A stretch of DNA of 64,000 nucleotides. Source: Macrostomum hystrix (Eukaryota > Animalia > Platyhelminthes). This document shows, piece by piece, positions 63,561 to 64,000 of this stretch. Under the pieces are notes generated by a model. The model was not told the DNA's origin, made no database searches, and was given only the letters and a program-made list of their open reading frames with translations. The stretch is taken from contig CATNEN010000030.1 of the NCBI GenBank assembly GCA_950097015.1, positions 3,968,001-4,032,000 on the forward strand, in the 5' to 3' direction. Every line of letters begins with the position of its first letter. The first letter of the stretch is position 1. The translations under genes and the position numbers were made by a program.

Positions 63561-64000
63561 ATTCTGTCACGTGACTCAGTCATCAGCCTATGAAACACTG
63601 GCTACATTCTGTCACGTGACTCAGTCATCAGCCTATGAAACACTGGCTACATTCTGTCACGTGACTCAGTCATCAGCCTATGAAACACTGGCTACATTCT
63701 GTCACGTGACTCAGTCATCAGCCTATGAAACACTGGCTACATTCTGTCACGTGACTCAGTCATCTGCCTATGAAACACTGGCTACATTCTGTCACATGAC
63801 TCAGTCATCAGCCTATGAAATAATGGCTACATTCTGTCACATGACTCAGTCATCAGCCTATGAAACACTGGCTACATTCTGTCACATGACTCAGTCATCA
63901 GCCTATGAAACACTGGCTACATTCTGTCACATGACTCAGTCATCAGCCTATGAAATAATGGCTACATTCTGTCACATGACTCAGTCATCAGCCTATGAAA
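63561..64000. repeat. 45-bp tandem repeat, 10 copies to the window edge
   Basis: Unit ATTCTGTCAC(G/A)TGACTCAGTCATCAGCCTATGAAACACTGGCTAC. Confidence 0.96.

Overview
Eukaryotic (metazoan) genomic DNA, most likely a flatworm of the Macrostomum type. This is inferred from a flatworm spliced-leader-like sequence, TTAGGG repeats, and GC-rich exons separated by introns filled with minisatellites. Four spliced genes were reconstructed by hand from GT-AG sites and reading-frame phase. (1) A minus-strand EF-hand + WD40 protein of the WDR49/CFAP337 type: 22 exons, 45-14663, first exon unresolved. (2) A plus-strand Shaw/Kv3 potassium channel, 17929 to about 41240, with a polyQ C-tail. (3) A plus-strand DEG/ENaC channel, 44965-50149. 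(4) A minus-strand SLC6 amino-acid-type transporter, about 54728-63536, whose 5' exons lie beyond the window. Most large introns carry their own short-unit tandem array (13-55 bp units), and these explain the long ORFs in the supplied track. Interspersed elements are at least three tRNA-headed SINE families, a non-LTR reverse transcriptase fragment, and a 424-bp element with 78-bp terminal inverted repeats and a 5-bp target duplication. That last element carries a decayed spliced-leader RNA sequence and is the most striking object in the window. No prokaryotic features or CRISPR arrays are present.
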